64,000 nt of DNA. Origin: Bifidobacterium sp. GTDB lineage: Bacteria > Actinomycetota > Actinomycetes > Actinomycetales > Bifidobacteriaceae. Position numbers and translations under genes: made by a program. The DNA is taken from assembly GCA_022640915.1 (NCBI GenBank), contig JALCCT010000007.1, forward strand, positions 23,482 to 87,481, written 5' to 3'. The notes beneath the pieces are model-generated. The model ran no database searches. It was not told the origin of the DNA and saw only the letters and a list, made by a program, of their open reading frames with translations. Below are positions 26,701 to 38,284 of this stretch, in pieces (the first letter of the stretch is position 1; every line of letters begins with the position of its first letter).

Positions 26701-29529
26701 ATGGTGCAGTCGCGTCGCAACAAGGCGTCACAACGGTCGGAGGGCGACGACCAACGCCATGGCAACAGTCGCCGCCATAGACGTTCAGATGACAGGCAGG
26801 CGACCAGTGGGCGTAAGCAACGGCGTGAACCGATAGAGAATAACGGCCAGGTCGGCAGACGAACAGGTAAGGCGGCCCAAGACGCGGCGAATGGAGCAGC
26901 GGAGGATGAGGGCACGTTGCTGCGGGCCGACACCTTCACGAATGCGCCGAAGGTCTCGCGCAGGACGCTGACTAAGGAGGAGCGCGAGGAGCTCGCCAAG
27001 CAGGAGAAGAACGAGCGCGAAGAGGAGCATCGGCTCGCTGAGATGGCAGACAAAGGTCCGCTGGCGCGCTGGTGGATTCGGTTGCAGCGAGGCCGAGACA
27101 AGGTCTCGCTCGGCATGGCCATCGTTGCGCTCGGCGTGGTCTATGGCGACATCGGCACCTCGCCCCTATATACTGCACAGACCTTCCTGGCTGGCCAGGG
27201 CGGCTTGGGCAACATCGACCGCAATGGCGTGCTCGGCATGCTTTCGCTGGTGTTTTGGTCGATCACGCTGATCACGACCGTCAAATACGTGCTCATCGCC
27301 ATGCGCATCGACAACAACGGCGAAGGTGGCATCTTCGCCCTCTACTCGCTGATCCGTAAATACGGTGCTTGGCTGGCGATCCCGGCCATGCTCGGCGGCG
27401 CGGCATTCCTTGCTGACTCGGTACTCACCCCGGCCGTCTCTATTTCCTCAGCGGTCGAGGGCCTCCAGACGATTCCGTTCTTCGCGCCGATGTTCAAGGC
27501 GAATACCAATCTGTCGCTGGCCATCACCGCTGTGATCATAGCCCTACTGTTTTCCGTGCAGTCGCGCGGAACGGAGCGTATTGGCAAAGTCTTTGGCGTC
27601 GTCGTGTTCGTCTGGTTCAGCTTCCTGGCCATCGTTGGCATCGCAAGCTTGGGCAACGACTGGAGCGTGTTCGAAGCGCTGAACCCGGTCTACGGCGTCA
27701 AATTCCTTTTCAGCCCGCACAATCTCGCCGGCATCGCCTTGATGGGCACCGTATTTTTGTCAACCACCGGCGCCGAGGCACTGTACTCGGACATGGGCCA
27801 TGTCGGCCGCGGCAACATCTACTTCACCTGGCCGTTCATCAATATCGCGCTGGTGGTGAATTACTTCGGCCAAGGCGCCTGGATGCTGCGCAACCAGGGC
27901 AATAAGGCATATAACGATGTGAGCGCGCTGAATCCCTTCTTCGAGATGATGAACATGAACGTGCGCTATGTGGCCGTCGTGCTCTCTGTTACCGCAGGCA
28001 TCATCGCCTCGCAGGCCTTGATCACCGGCGCGTTCACCATGGTTTCGGAGGCCACCGGCATCAACTGGATGCCGCATCTGCAGGTGCGTTACCCGGCGCG
28101 CACGCGTGGGCAGCTGTATATTCCAGTCGTCAACGCAGTGCTGTGCGTGGCTACGCTGAGCGTGCTGGCGCTGTTCCGCGATTCCGAGCATATCTCCGCT
28201 GCATACGGCTTGGCACTTACGATCACGATGATCACCACGACGATTCTGTTGGCGGTCTACATGTGGTATCAGCATCACCGCGCCTTCGCGGTGCTGTTCT
28301 GCATCGTGTTTTTGACGATCCAGACGATGTTCTTCGTCGCTTCGATGGCGAAATTCATGCACGGTGGCTGGTTCACCATGCTGCTTACCATGGTGATTCT
28401 ACTCATTATGGTCACATGGAACGATGGCACCAAGATCGAGCGATCGCAGCGCCGCCATATGCGGCCATCGGATTTTCTGCCTGCGCTGGACAAGCTGCAT
28501 GGCGACTTCCGCATGCCGTATTACGCCGACAATATCGTGTATTTGACGTCTGATACTGAGATGTCGCGGCTGGATACCGATATATTCTTCTCCATTTTCG
28601 CTGATCACCCCAAGCGTGCGCGCGCTTGGTGGGCCATCTCGGTGGAAACCACGGACGAGCCGTTCACACGAGAATATTCGATCGAGAATTTCAAAACGAA
28701 CTATATATTCCGGGTGCGCATCCGCATCGGCTTCAAGGTCTCCCAGTCGATCCCGGCGTACATCCACCAAGTGATGCACGACCTCTCGCGAACTGGCGAG
28801 CTGCCGCGTCAGAAGTCGATCTACCCCAAGATCGACGCCGACCCGGATATCGGCACGATCCGCTATGTGCTGCTGCACAAGGCACTGATGCCCGAATCGA
28901 ATATTTCAACCCGTGATGCGCTTTCCCTGCGCATGAAGTACGCGATTCGCCATCTGGTCGGTTCCCCGATCAAATGGTTTGGCCTGGCGCCTTACAACCC
29001 GCAAATCGAAGTTCAGCCTCTCTTCGTCACCACGCGCAGGCCGCCGAGGCTGCGCCGCGAGCCTTTGCGCGATGCCCGTCGCATTGTGGGGGAGAAGAAC
29101 AGCGTAGGCCGGGTCACTGGCATCGGCGTTGGTGGCGGTATCGAGGGCATTACTGACAAGGCCTCCGATGGTATCGCCGACAATTTGGCGTTGCTGGCGA
29201 AATCGGTGGGCGCGGCGGGCCGCGTTGCGCCCGGTGCTGAACAACGGGTTGAAAAGACCAGCGTTATCACGAAGTTCGGTGGCAGAGGAAGCGGCACTGC
29301 GGGCAACGAGCGTAGTGGCGCATCACATGACGGCGAGTTGTCTGGTGCATCGGCTGCCGGCCATGGCGCTGGTGCAGCTGCCGTGAAATCCACTGCCGGC
29401 AAGTCGGCATCGGGCGAAGCCTCGCCCGACAGGTCTTTACCTGATACTCAGGCATCGAGCGAATCCGGCGCCGATCAGAGCGATGAACCCCGACCCTCGG
29501 TGAGCGGCGAGGCGGATATACCGGCCTGA
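26701..29529 (+). CDS. kup: KUP/HAK/KT potassium uptake transporter with long N- and C-terminal extensions
   Basis: GVVYGDIGTSPLY, NGEGGIFALY, LTPAVS, TGAEALYSDMGH, GQLYIP; GGAGG RBS before ATG 26701. Confidence 0.93.
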   Translation: MVQSRRNKASQRSEGDDQRHGNSRRHRRSDDRQATSGRKQRREPIENNGQVGRRTGKAAQDAANGAAEDEGTLLRADTFTNAPKVSRRTLTKEEREELAKQEKNEREEEHRLAEMADKGPLARWWIRLQRGRDKVSLGMAIVALGVVYGDIGTSPLYTAQTFLAGQGGLGNIDRNGVLGMLSLVFWSITLITTVKYVLIAMRIDNNGEGGIFALYSLIRKYGAWLAIPAMLGGAAFLADSVLTPAVSISSAVEGLQTIPFFAPMFKANTNLSLAITAVIIALLFSVQSRGTERIGKVFGVVVFVWFSFLAIVGIASLGNDWSVFEALNPVYGVKFLFSPHNLAGIALMGTVFLSTTGAEALYSDMGHVGRGNIYFTWPFINIALVVNYFGQGAWMLRNQGNKAYNDVSALNPFFEMMNMNVRYVAVVLSVTAGIIASQALITGAFTMVSEATGINWMPHLQVRYPARTRGQLYIPVVNAVLCVATLSVLALFRDSEHISAAYGLALTITMITTTILLAVYMWYQHHRAFAVLFCIVFLTIQTMFFVASMAKFMHGGWFTMLLTMVILLIMVTWNDGTKIERSQRRHMRPSDFLPALDKLHGDFRMPYYADNIVYLTSDTEMSRLDTDIFFSIFADHPKRARAWWAISVETTDEPFTREYSIENFKTNYIFRVRIRIGFKVSQSIPAYIHQVMHDLSRTGELPRQKSIYPKIDADPDIGTIRYVLLHKALMPESNISTRDALSLRMKYAIRHLVGSPIKWFGLAPYNPQIEVQPLFVTTRRPPRLRREPLRDARRIVGEKNSVGRVTGIGVGGGIEGITDKASDGIADNLALLAKSVGAAGRVAPGAEQRVEKTSVITKFGGRGSGTAGNERSGASHDGELSGASAAGHGAGAAAVKSTAGKSASGEASPDRSLPDTQASSESGADQSDEPRPSVSGEADIPA

Positions 29530-29668
29530 AGCCAATAGCCGAGTGCCTTTTCCCAGATTTGCTCGGTCACGCTTGCAGCCATGAGTGACGGTATTTGCCG
29601 AAGGCTATAACAATCGTTTATAGCCACACCATTGGCTGCGGTGCAAACGTACGTTACAGTGGTCGAAT

Positions 29669-30538
29669 ATGTGCAGATTACTGGGATATGCAACCGCTGG
29701 ATTCGATCTGAGCCTTCATGCCATCCTGGGATCGCAGGCGGTGGGCGAGTATCGGGCACTGAGCCGGATCCACAACGACGGCTGGGGGGCTTCTCTGCTG
29801 TCCAACCCAGTGGAACCTGCGCAGCTGTCTGACGGCGGAGCTCCCAGCCCCGAAACCGGGACGAGAATGTACCGCTCTACGCTTGCCGCCGAGCTTGACC
29901 CGGTGTTCGACCAGATCGCCGAAGAACCGGTGCGCGGTGCGCTGTTCCATCTACGGCTGGCAAGTTCGAATCTGCCGCTAATTCTCGAGAACCAGCAGCC
30001 CTTCTTTGCCGATGGTCTGAGTTTCATTCACAACGGCGATATATCGGACGAGCAGGGCCGAAATATTGTGACGCTGCCCGATTCGCCGGTCAATGAGAAG
30101 ACATTTCTCTCGACCGGCGGCCGCAGCGATTCGGCGATGTTCTTCGCGATGATTCTGGAATGCATCGGTTCGGGAATTCCCTTGGATGAATCCGTGGCCC
30201 AGGCGGTGCATGAGCTACGCCGGATCTGCCCCAAGTCAAGTTACAACTGCATGGTGCAAAGCCAGGATCAGCTGATCGTATTGTGCGCCGCCGGGCATAA
30301 CGAGGCTGCCTCTCGCGTCGTCGAAATCTACAATCGGTACGGCCGCGGCGGCAAAGTGCGTGATTACCGCGTCATCAGCTACCGCGCTCTGAGCGACGAG
30401 AACGGTGATCCCGCGGGCGTTGTCGCCGCCAGCTCCGGTTTTCCGCAGGATCGCAACGAAGGATGGACGCCGTTGAAGAACGACGAGATGCTCATCGCTT
30501 CGAATCGTACTGGCCGATTCCGTTTGCGCTCTATTTGA
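29669..30538 (+). CDS. Class II (Ntn) glutamine amidotransferase-like protein
   Basis: N-terminal MCRLLG (Cys2 nucleophile), HNDGWG, HLRLAS, FIHNG, SDS. Confidence 0.85.
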   Translation: MCRLLGYATAGFDLSLHAILGSQAVGEYRALSRIHNDGWGASLLSNPVEPAQLSDGGAPSPETGTRMYRSTLAAELDPVFDQIAEEPVRGALFHLRLASSNLPLILENQQPFFADGLSFIHNGDISDEQGRNIVTLPDSPVNEKTFLSTGGRSDSAMFFAMILECIGSGIPLDESVAQAVHELRRICPKSSYNCMVQSQDQLIVLCAAGHNEAASRVVEIYNRYGRGGKVRDYRVISYRALSDENGDPAGVVAASSGFPQDRNEGWTPLKNDEMLIASNRTGRFRLRSI

Positions 30539-30615
30539 ATCCTGTGGCGGACTGTGACACTGCGTATAAGATTCGCCTCGGCTGACGATTTGAGCTGACT
30601 TCCTACAATGGTTAT

Positions 30616-31350
30616 ATGACTGGAATCATACCTACGCTCGAACAGGCCGACGAGCTGCACCGGGCAATCGCGCCCTCGCCGGCAGCATACGACCTTATCC
30701 ATACGCATTGTGTCATCATCGCGACCATCACCCGCCAGCTGGTGCATCGGCAAAATGCTCTGTTCATACGGCGCTGCACTCTACCCGCAGGAGCGGCTGA
30801 GCTGGGCGGGAGAACGCCGGCCGTCCTCCCGAGCGACGCAGTGGTTGGCGGGACTGTGCCACCATATCTGCTTGATGAGAAACTTGCGGTTCTCGGCGCC
30901 ATGCTGCATGATATCGGCACTTACCAAGTACTGAAAAGCGACGGCGCAGACGGCCAGCCGCTGTGCTTCGATGGACCACGCTATATTCTGCACGGCCTGC
31001 TGGGCTACAAGTATCTGCTTGCACAAGGAGTGGATGAGTCGGTGGCGCAATTCGCCCGGAACCATACTGGAGTGGGGCTGACACATGAGCAGGTGAAGGC
31101 GCAGCAGCTACCGCTTCCAGAGGGCGATTATGTGCCACTGACACTCGAGCAGGAGGTCGTCATGGTGGCGGATAAATACCACAGCAAGTCGATCCCGCCG
31201 AAGTTCCTCTCCGCCGAGGCGTATGCGGCCAAGGCGGCCCGCTACGGCGAAGCCAACAGGCGCCAATGGCTCGAACTTGTGGCCAAGTACGGCACGCCGG
31301 ACATCCCGGCGCTCGCACAGCGTTTCGGCATGCGTCTGAAAGAGCGCTAG
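30616..31350 (+). CDS. HD-domain metal-dependent phosphohydrolase
   Basis: HTH...LHDIG...HG...NHTG...ADKYHSK. Confidence 0.85.
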   Translation: MTGIIPTLEQADELHRAIAPSPAAYDLIHTHCVIIATITRQLVHRQNALFIRRCTLPAGAAELGGRTPAVLPSDAVVGGTVPPYLLDEKLAVLGAMLHDIGTYQVLKSDGADGQPLCFDGPRYILHGLLGYKYLLAQGVDESVAQFARNHTGVGLTHEQVKAQQLPLPEGDYVPLTLEQEVVMVADKYHSKSIPPKFLSAEAYAAKAARYGEANRRQWLELVAKYGTPDIPALAQRFGMRLKER

Positions 31351-31435
31351 CGGGTCGTGGCTTGTGTGTTCGCTCCGATGCGCTATACGCGCGAGTTCGC
31401 GCCAGAATCAGGTGCCGTGGTCAGGAAGCTGCTGA

Positions 31436-32254
31436 TCAGTGCTTCCACTCAGCGCAGCCATGAAGGATGGCATTGTACATCTGCGGCAACTCACGCGCCT
31501 GATATGTGGGCTGGGCATGTGTGCCAGATGGCTCGCTATCGTGGATATAGGCGACTTCGTAGCCCGCGGTGAGCACTGGCTCGATATCATTGGTCCAGTA
31601 GTCGCCAATGCTCAGCAGGTGTCTGCTCTCGGCTTGCGCAGTAAAGTCCGACAGATGCCGCGGCCATTGGCTCGGCTTGCCGCCGTCGGGCACCACTGCG
31701 TCGAAGTCGTTGGTGACTGCGAAGCGTGCCAACGTTTCGCGCAGCCCGATGATCGGAGAATTCGATAACAGGATTCTCCGGCACCCTAGTGCGCCAAGCT
31801 CACGCAGGAAATCCTTCATTCCGGCAGGCATGCTAACCGTCGCCGAGCCTGAGGCGAGATCGGCCCGGCTTGCCAGGTAGGCCTCCTGCAGCCGCCTGGG
31901 ATCTACACGGTCGCGGCAGAACGACGCCACGACGTCGTAGCCGTCCTGCCAGTGGTGCGCCTCTCGTGTTTGCATCGGCGTGGTGCCAGCTAGGTACTCA
32001 TCGAGCGCTGTTTCGGCCTTATGGCGTACTGCCGATTCAAGATAGGAATACGCATGCTCGGCATACGACCAGACCGGTCCGTCGCCTAGACACAGCGTTC
32101 CGTCAAAATCGAAGACCACGGTTCCTGAGGCTGCGGTCGCGCTACTGCGCTTTTGACCATGGCTGTCGTCTTGCACGCGGGAAAATGATGATGGGTTGGC
32201 AAATGATTGTGTATTTGCACCGGGTTGCGCCCCGGGCTGTTGCGATAAGGTCAT
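31436..32254 (-). CDS. HAD-superfamily hydrolase
   Basis: Motif I FDFDGTL, motif II LSNS, motif III K, motif IV IGDYWTND. Confidence 0.85.
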   Translation of the reverse strand: MTLSQQPGAQPGANTQSFANPSSFSRVQDDSHGQKRSSATAASGTVVFDFDGTLCLGDGPVWSYAEHAYSYLESAVRHKAETALDEYLAGTTPMQTREAHHWQDGYDVVASFCRDRVDPRRLQEAYLASRADLASGSATVSMPAGMKDFLRELGALGCRRILLSNSPIIGLRETLARFAVTNDFDAVVPDGGKPSQWPRHLSDFTAQAESRHLLSIGDYWTNDIEPVLTAGYEVAYIHDSEPSGTHAQPTYQARELPQMYNAILHGCAEWKH

Positions 32255-32391
32255 AGTTTCTATTACAGCACACGGCATCGTTCGGTCCTTGCTAGCCGGT
32301 CAGGCGCTAGCCAAGACCGTCCCGACGCTATTTACTGGTGCAGGCCTGATGCCAAATTCGAGCGAAGGAAGGCTGCGTTCATCGGCACGGA

Positions 32392-32439
32392 GCGTAGTGT
32401 CCAAGCAATCGCCCAAGGGCGGCCGCCTGGACACTACGC
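32392..32439. terminator. Strong hairpin downstream of the 32464-33678 gene
   Basis: gcgtagtgtcca...tggacactacgc 12-bp perfect outer stem. Confidence 0.5.
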
Positions 32440-32463
32440 AGCACCTGTTAAAGGTCTTCAAGC

Positions 32464-33678
32464 TTAGGCCTGAACATTGGCCGAATCGGTGCTAAGACCA
32501 GTACCTGGCCCGGGCGTATCCGGCGACAATGCATTCTGCCCTGCTGTGCCGCCATACGGCAAGTTGCTGAACGGCGGGTTAGCTGAACCAGGAAGCTGGG
32601 CCGGATTTCGTGAGTCGTCATTCACGTTGTCAAATGGATCTGTGTCGGCAGGCGCCTGAACTGCAATCTGTGCGACGTCCTGCGCGCCGGCGAATTCGGT
32701 GTAGCCAAAGACTCCTGCCTCGGGTTGCTGCCCTTCGGGAACCATCACGTAATACTGCGTGGAGAGCTCCTTGTTCTTCAGCAGGGAGATGACTGTGGGA
32801 ACGGCGCCGACTATGGTGAACAAATACTCCAGACCGAGATTCGTCGCGTAGCTGCTCATACTGATGTTGCCGTGTGAAAGCAGATCGGGAACGGCCTTGA
32901 AGGCATCGAAGAAGCCAGCCCCTGGCACTTCGCGCATGATGGTGAGGGACCAGTCGACTCTGTTGGCAACGTACACCATCACCAGCATGATCGCAGCGCT
33001 GATGACGATCCCTTTGAGGTCCAGCCTGTGGCTGAGTAGCTCGTAGCCTTTCACCGTGCAGAAGCCCATGACCAGACCGGAGATCACGGCGACATAGCCC
33101 AGCTGGCCGATCAGCACGATCATGGCGGCGCCGATGATCGAGCCGAACAAGGCGCCGATGATGCCCCCGACGATATTCTCCGAACGTTCGGGTGTCGTCA
33201 GGTTCTTGTCGTGCGCCTCCTGCTGAAGCTGTTGGAAACTGGCCAACGACAGCAGCTGCGGCTTGCCTGCGATGACGCAGGCTCGAGTGTTGGTTATTTC
33301 CCCGCTATGCTCGCAGCAGTTGACGAAACCGTTGCCTTCCAAAAACGCGGCGACGGCGCCGATGGCTTCGCGCAGATTCTCGTTTGATTTCTTCTTCGTT
33401 ATGCCGTTGGGCACGGTGTAATCGACGCGATAGCCTTTCACTGCGCATGACTTGATGACCTTGCAGCTTTTGGTCAGTTCCTTCAGTGCCCGCGAATCGG
33501 GCATCATCGCCTGGTAGCTTACACTGACGCTGATTATTGCCGGCTGCTTCTCGTCGTCCCGTTGCACGGTCATCGTGTAGCCACCGATCGCCCCGAATAG
33601 GCAGGGCACCTGCTTATCGAAGGCGAGCCCGAATTGGCCGCCGATGTGCTGGAGGGCGCTGAAATTAGAGTTCGTCAT
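32464..33678 (-). CDS. Hypothetical membrane protein (soluble N-domain, TM bundle, Pro/Gly-rich tail)
   Basis: GGAGG RBS; ENIVGGIIGALFGSIIG TM motif; host-like codon usage. Confidence 0.7.
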   Translation of the reverse strand: MTNSNFSALQHIGGQFGLAFDKQVPCLFGAIGGYTMTVQRDDEKQPAIISVSVSYQAMMPDSRALKELTKSCKVIKSCAVKGYRVDYTVPNGITKKKSNENLREAIGAVAAFLEGNGFVNCCEHSGEITNTRACVIAGKPQLLSLASFQQLQQEAHDKNLTTPERSENIVGGIIGALFGSIIGAAMIVLIGQLGYVAVISGLVMGFCTVKGYELLSHRLDLKGIVISAAIMLVMVYVANRVDWSLTIMREVPGAGFFDAFKAVPDLLSHGNISMSSYATNLGLEYLFTIVGAVPTVISLLKNKELSTQYYVMVPEGQQPEAGVFGYTEFAGAQDVAQIAVQAPADTDPFDNVNDDSRNPAQLPGSANPPFSNLPYGGTAGQNALSPDTPGPGTGLSTDSANVQA

Positions 33679-33860
33679 GATAATCCTCCCTATAAGGTGG
33701 TGATCGAAACGTCGAAAGAGATTACGACGCAACGATCTCGTGCATTGGCCCAGAAGTCGAATCCCCCTCTGGTTATGGATCATTCCATCGGCCGCGCGTC
33801 AATGGCCATTAATGCTTAAGCGCGGTGCTAGCTTCGGCTTCGTATAAAAGGCTACGCCCC

Positions 33861-33887
33861 TCTTGTCGTATTATCAATATGACAAGA
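33861..33887. promoter_or_regulatory. Palindromic operator candidate
   Basis: tcttgtcgtatt-atc-aatatgacaaga between the TetR gene and the membrane-protein gene. Confidence 0.35.
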
Positions 33888-34058
33888 TGCCGCACTTCTC
33901 CTCGGCGCTGCTGTTTTGCCCAGAAGCGTCGTCTCAGTCGGTGGCATCTGCCGTAAAGGCTGGTTCGCCATCGTCAACGAAGCCGCTGGCGAACCAAATG
34001 CCGAGCCGTTTGAAGCGGGCTTGGCGAGAAACAGGCATATGCACACTCGATTCGGATG

Positions 34059-34949
34059 TCATCGATTGGATTTCGGCGGCTCATCCGCTTCAGGCACACA
34101 GATGGCTTCGGGCGAGGTCGATTCGGCTACAACCGATTCGGCAGCAACTGAAACGCCGCGATTTAGTGCGTAATCGGTGCCGTCGTCAGTCTGAGCATCT
34201 CGCTCGCGTTCAGAATCATTCTCGGCACTGGCCTTGTTTTTGTCTTTGGCTTTGGTCTGCGCTGCCGATGCGCGCTGAGCTTCTTTTGCCGCCTTGTCGT
34301 TGCGTCGTTGCGTCGCCTTCCTGGCCTTGTCGCCTTCGAAACGCAGCTCGGGCTTAGCTTCGAGCCGGGAGAGTCCATACCAGGCTAGATTCACGATATG
34401 CGCGGCGAGCTGTTCCTTGCCGATTTTGCGCTGGTCGGCCCAGTACTGCCCGGTGAACACGGTCATGCCCACGAGCATTTGCGCGTAATACGGCACACCC
34501 TTAGACGGCAGATGCTGCTTCTTGAATGATTCGGTGAGGATCTCCACCACGCGCAGGCTTACGTCACCAAGCAAAGAATTGAATGATCCCGCCGGATCTG
34601 TCGTGGGGGAGTCGCGCACCAAGACCTGAAAGCCTTCGGTATTCTGCTCGATATAGGTCAGCAGCGCAAGCGCCGTGCGCTCCACGAGTTGGCGCGGATG
34701 AGACTCGGGGTTGGCAAGCGCGCGCGTGAGGGCGTCGTTGAGCGCCCGCATCTCACGATCCACCACAACCGCGTACAGTCCTTCCTTGCCGCCGAAGTGC
34801 TCGTAGACGATCGGTTTGCTCACCTTTGCGCTCGCTGCGATCTCCTCGACGCTCACCGCCTCGAAGCCTTTGGCGGCGAACAGCGAGCGTCCGATAGCGA
34901 GAAGCTGCTCGCGCCGCTGGTACGACGTCATTCTGGAAGCATTAGCCAT
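34059..34949 (-). CDS. TetR/AcrR-family regulator with a charged low-complexity tail
   Basis: RREQLL..GRSLFAAKGF..VSVEEIAASAKVSKPIVYEHFGGKEGL. Confidence 0.9.
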   Translation of the reverse strand: MANASRMTSYQRREQLLAIGRSLFAAKGFEAVSVEEIAASAKVSKPIVYEHFGGKEGLYAVVVDREMRALNDALTRALANPESHPRQLVERTALALLTYIEQNTEGFQVLVRDSPTTDPAGSFNSLLGDVSLRVVEILTESFKKQHLPSKGVPYYAQMLVGMTVFTGQYWADQRKIGKEQLAAHIVNLAWYGLSRLEAKPELRFEGDKARKATQRRNDKAAKEAQRASAAQTKAKDKNKASAENDSERERDAQTDDGTDYALNRGVSVAAESVVAESTSPEAICVPEADEPPKSNR

Positions 34950-35037
34950 GTCTCCAGTCTCCCACGACCGGCGAAGATTGGCTGGCTTCGGCGTGCGGCG
35001 TGGGCGCGGCATGGCGTGATGGATTAGGCTTGAGGAT

Positions 35038-36261
35038 ATGAATATGGATGGCACGTTGATTATCGGCATCATTGTGGCGGCGGTTGTGGTGATTGCGGCG
35101 GTGATAGCAGCTGCGCTTGTTGTTAGGCTACGCAGGGGCGGCACGTCGAAGTCGGTGGATTCTCCGACGATGCTAGCTGAGGCAGACGCGCCAGAACAGA
35201 CGGATAAGGTCAATGCGTCCGATGCCGTTGCTGCTGGCGCGCACCAGCATGAAGCTAGTGCAGCGCCTGGATCGGCTGCGCCTACGTCTGCTCAACGTAC
35301 AGCGGCTGCCCAAAACGCTGTGGAAACGCCGGAATCCGCCGGCTCGCGCATCACGCGGCTGAAGGCGAGGCTTGCGAAGAGTTCGAATCCCTTTGGCCGC
35401 GCGCTGTTCAACATCCTCGCCAAGGATCACTTGTCCGAGGCTGATTGGGAAGATGTCGAGGACACGCTGCTGCTCGCCGACATGGGTGCGGACGCCAGCG
35501 CGCAGCTGGTTGGGGAACTACGCAATGACTCCCGGATCATCGGCACCAGCGATCCGGTGCAAGTGAGGAACGCGCTGCGCGCCAAGTTGCTCGGTCTCGT
35601 GGGCACCGACACGGACAGGCGGCTGAATGCTGATAAACCGGGCGATGGCACTCATCCCAGCGTTATCATCATGGTCGGTGTGAACGGCACAGGCAAGACC
35701 ACTACCGCAGGCAAGCTCGCGCGGCTATTCGTCGCGGAAGACAAGAAAGTGATCATGGGCGCGGCCGACACCTTTCGCGCAGCCGCCGCAGATCAGCTCG
35801 AAACATGGGGCGCGAAGGTCGGCGTGAGCGTCGTGCGCTCTCAAAACGACGGGGCCGACCCTGCTTCGGTCGCCTTCGAAGCAGCTCAACAGGCCAAAGA
35901 CGCCGGGACTGATGTCCTCATCATCGATACGGCAGGGCGCTTGCAGAACAAGGCCAATCTCATGAATGAACTGGGCAAGATCCGGCGCGTTACCGAAAAG
36001 ATACTGCCGGTCGACGAGGTGTTGCTTGTGCTCGATGCCACCACCGGCCAGAACGGTATGGCTCAGGCCAAAGTCTTCGCCGAGGCGATCGGCATCACCG
36101 GCATAGTGCTCTCCAAACTCGACGGCTCAGCGAAAGGCGGCATTGTTATCGCCGTGCAGGATGCGCTTGGTGTGCCGGTCAAGCTCGTGGGGCTGGGTGA
36201 GGGACCGGACGATCTTGCGCCTTTCGATGCGCCGGCTTTCGTCGATGGCATTCTGGGCTAA
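35038..36261 (+). CDS. ftsY: Signal recognition particle receptor FtsY
   Basis: GVNGTGKTTT, DTFRAAA, DTAGRLQ, DATTGQN, KLDGSAKGG. Confidence 0.96.
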   Translation: MNMDGTLIIGIIVAAVVVIAAVIAAALVVRLRRGGTSKSVDSPTMLAEADAPEQTDKVNASDAVAAGAHQHEASAAPGSAAPTSAQRTAAAQNAVETPESAGSRITRLKARLAKSSNPFGRALFNILAKDHLSEADWEDVEDTLLLADMGADASAQLVGELRNDSRIIGTSDPVQVRNALRAKLLGLVGTDTDRRLNADKPGDGTHPSVIIMVGVNGTGKTTTAGKLARLFVAEDKKVIMGAADTFRAAAADQLETWGAKVGVSVVRSQNDGADPASVAFEAAQQAKDAGTDVLIIDTAGRLQNKANLMNELGKIRRVTEKILPVDEVLLVLDATTGQNGMAQAKVFAEAIGITGIVLSKLDGSAKGGIVIAVQDALGVPVKLVGLGEGPDDLAPFDAPAFVDGILG

Positions 36262-36457
36262 CTAGGCATTGTGCGATCAAATCGAACCGGGTGGGTTAGT
36301 CGAACTGCGTCCATGCCTGCTGTTGCGTAGCCGCAGGCAGACGCGGCGCAGGCGGCGCTTTGACGGTGCCGTTTCGGTGAAACGCCAACTGGCTTCGGGT
36401 GTCACGCGGCTTTTGCCACTAGAATCGTGTGCAGAATTGCAAACGCTGCGGCAATGC

Positions 36458-36494
36458 TTTACATAGCCGTAACGTCCCGTAACTTGTCGAAAAC
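36458..36494 (+). promoter_or_regulatory. GlnR-box-like phased repeats upstream of amtB
   Basis: TTTAC-n6-GTAAC-n5-GTAAC-n6-AAAAC. Confidence 0.5.
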
Positions 36495-36618
36495 CAGATT
36501 GGCGTTCGATGACAGTGGTGACTTCCGTCCAGGAGGTCGCATAACGAGAAACGAGAATCAGCGGATTCGTCCTGCCGGGCGAGACGCTACAACCCCTACG
36601 AGAGAGAAGGAGGTAGGC

Positions 36619-38245
<1,627 letters not shown>

Positions 38246-38284
38246 TACGTGGCTGGCTCTCGGGCTGCGGCAACATAGCGCAAT

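Noticed and set aside
34950-35213. N-terminal extension of the TetR ORF overlapping ftsY
   Set aside because: Artefact of longest-ORF calling; the likely start is ATG 34949
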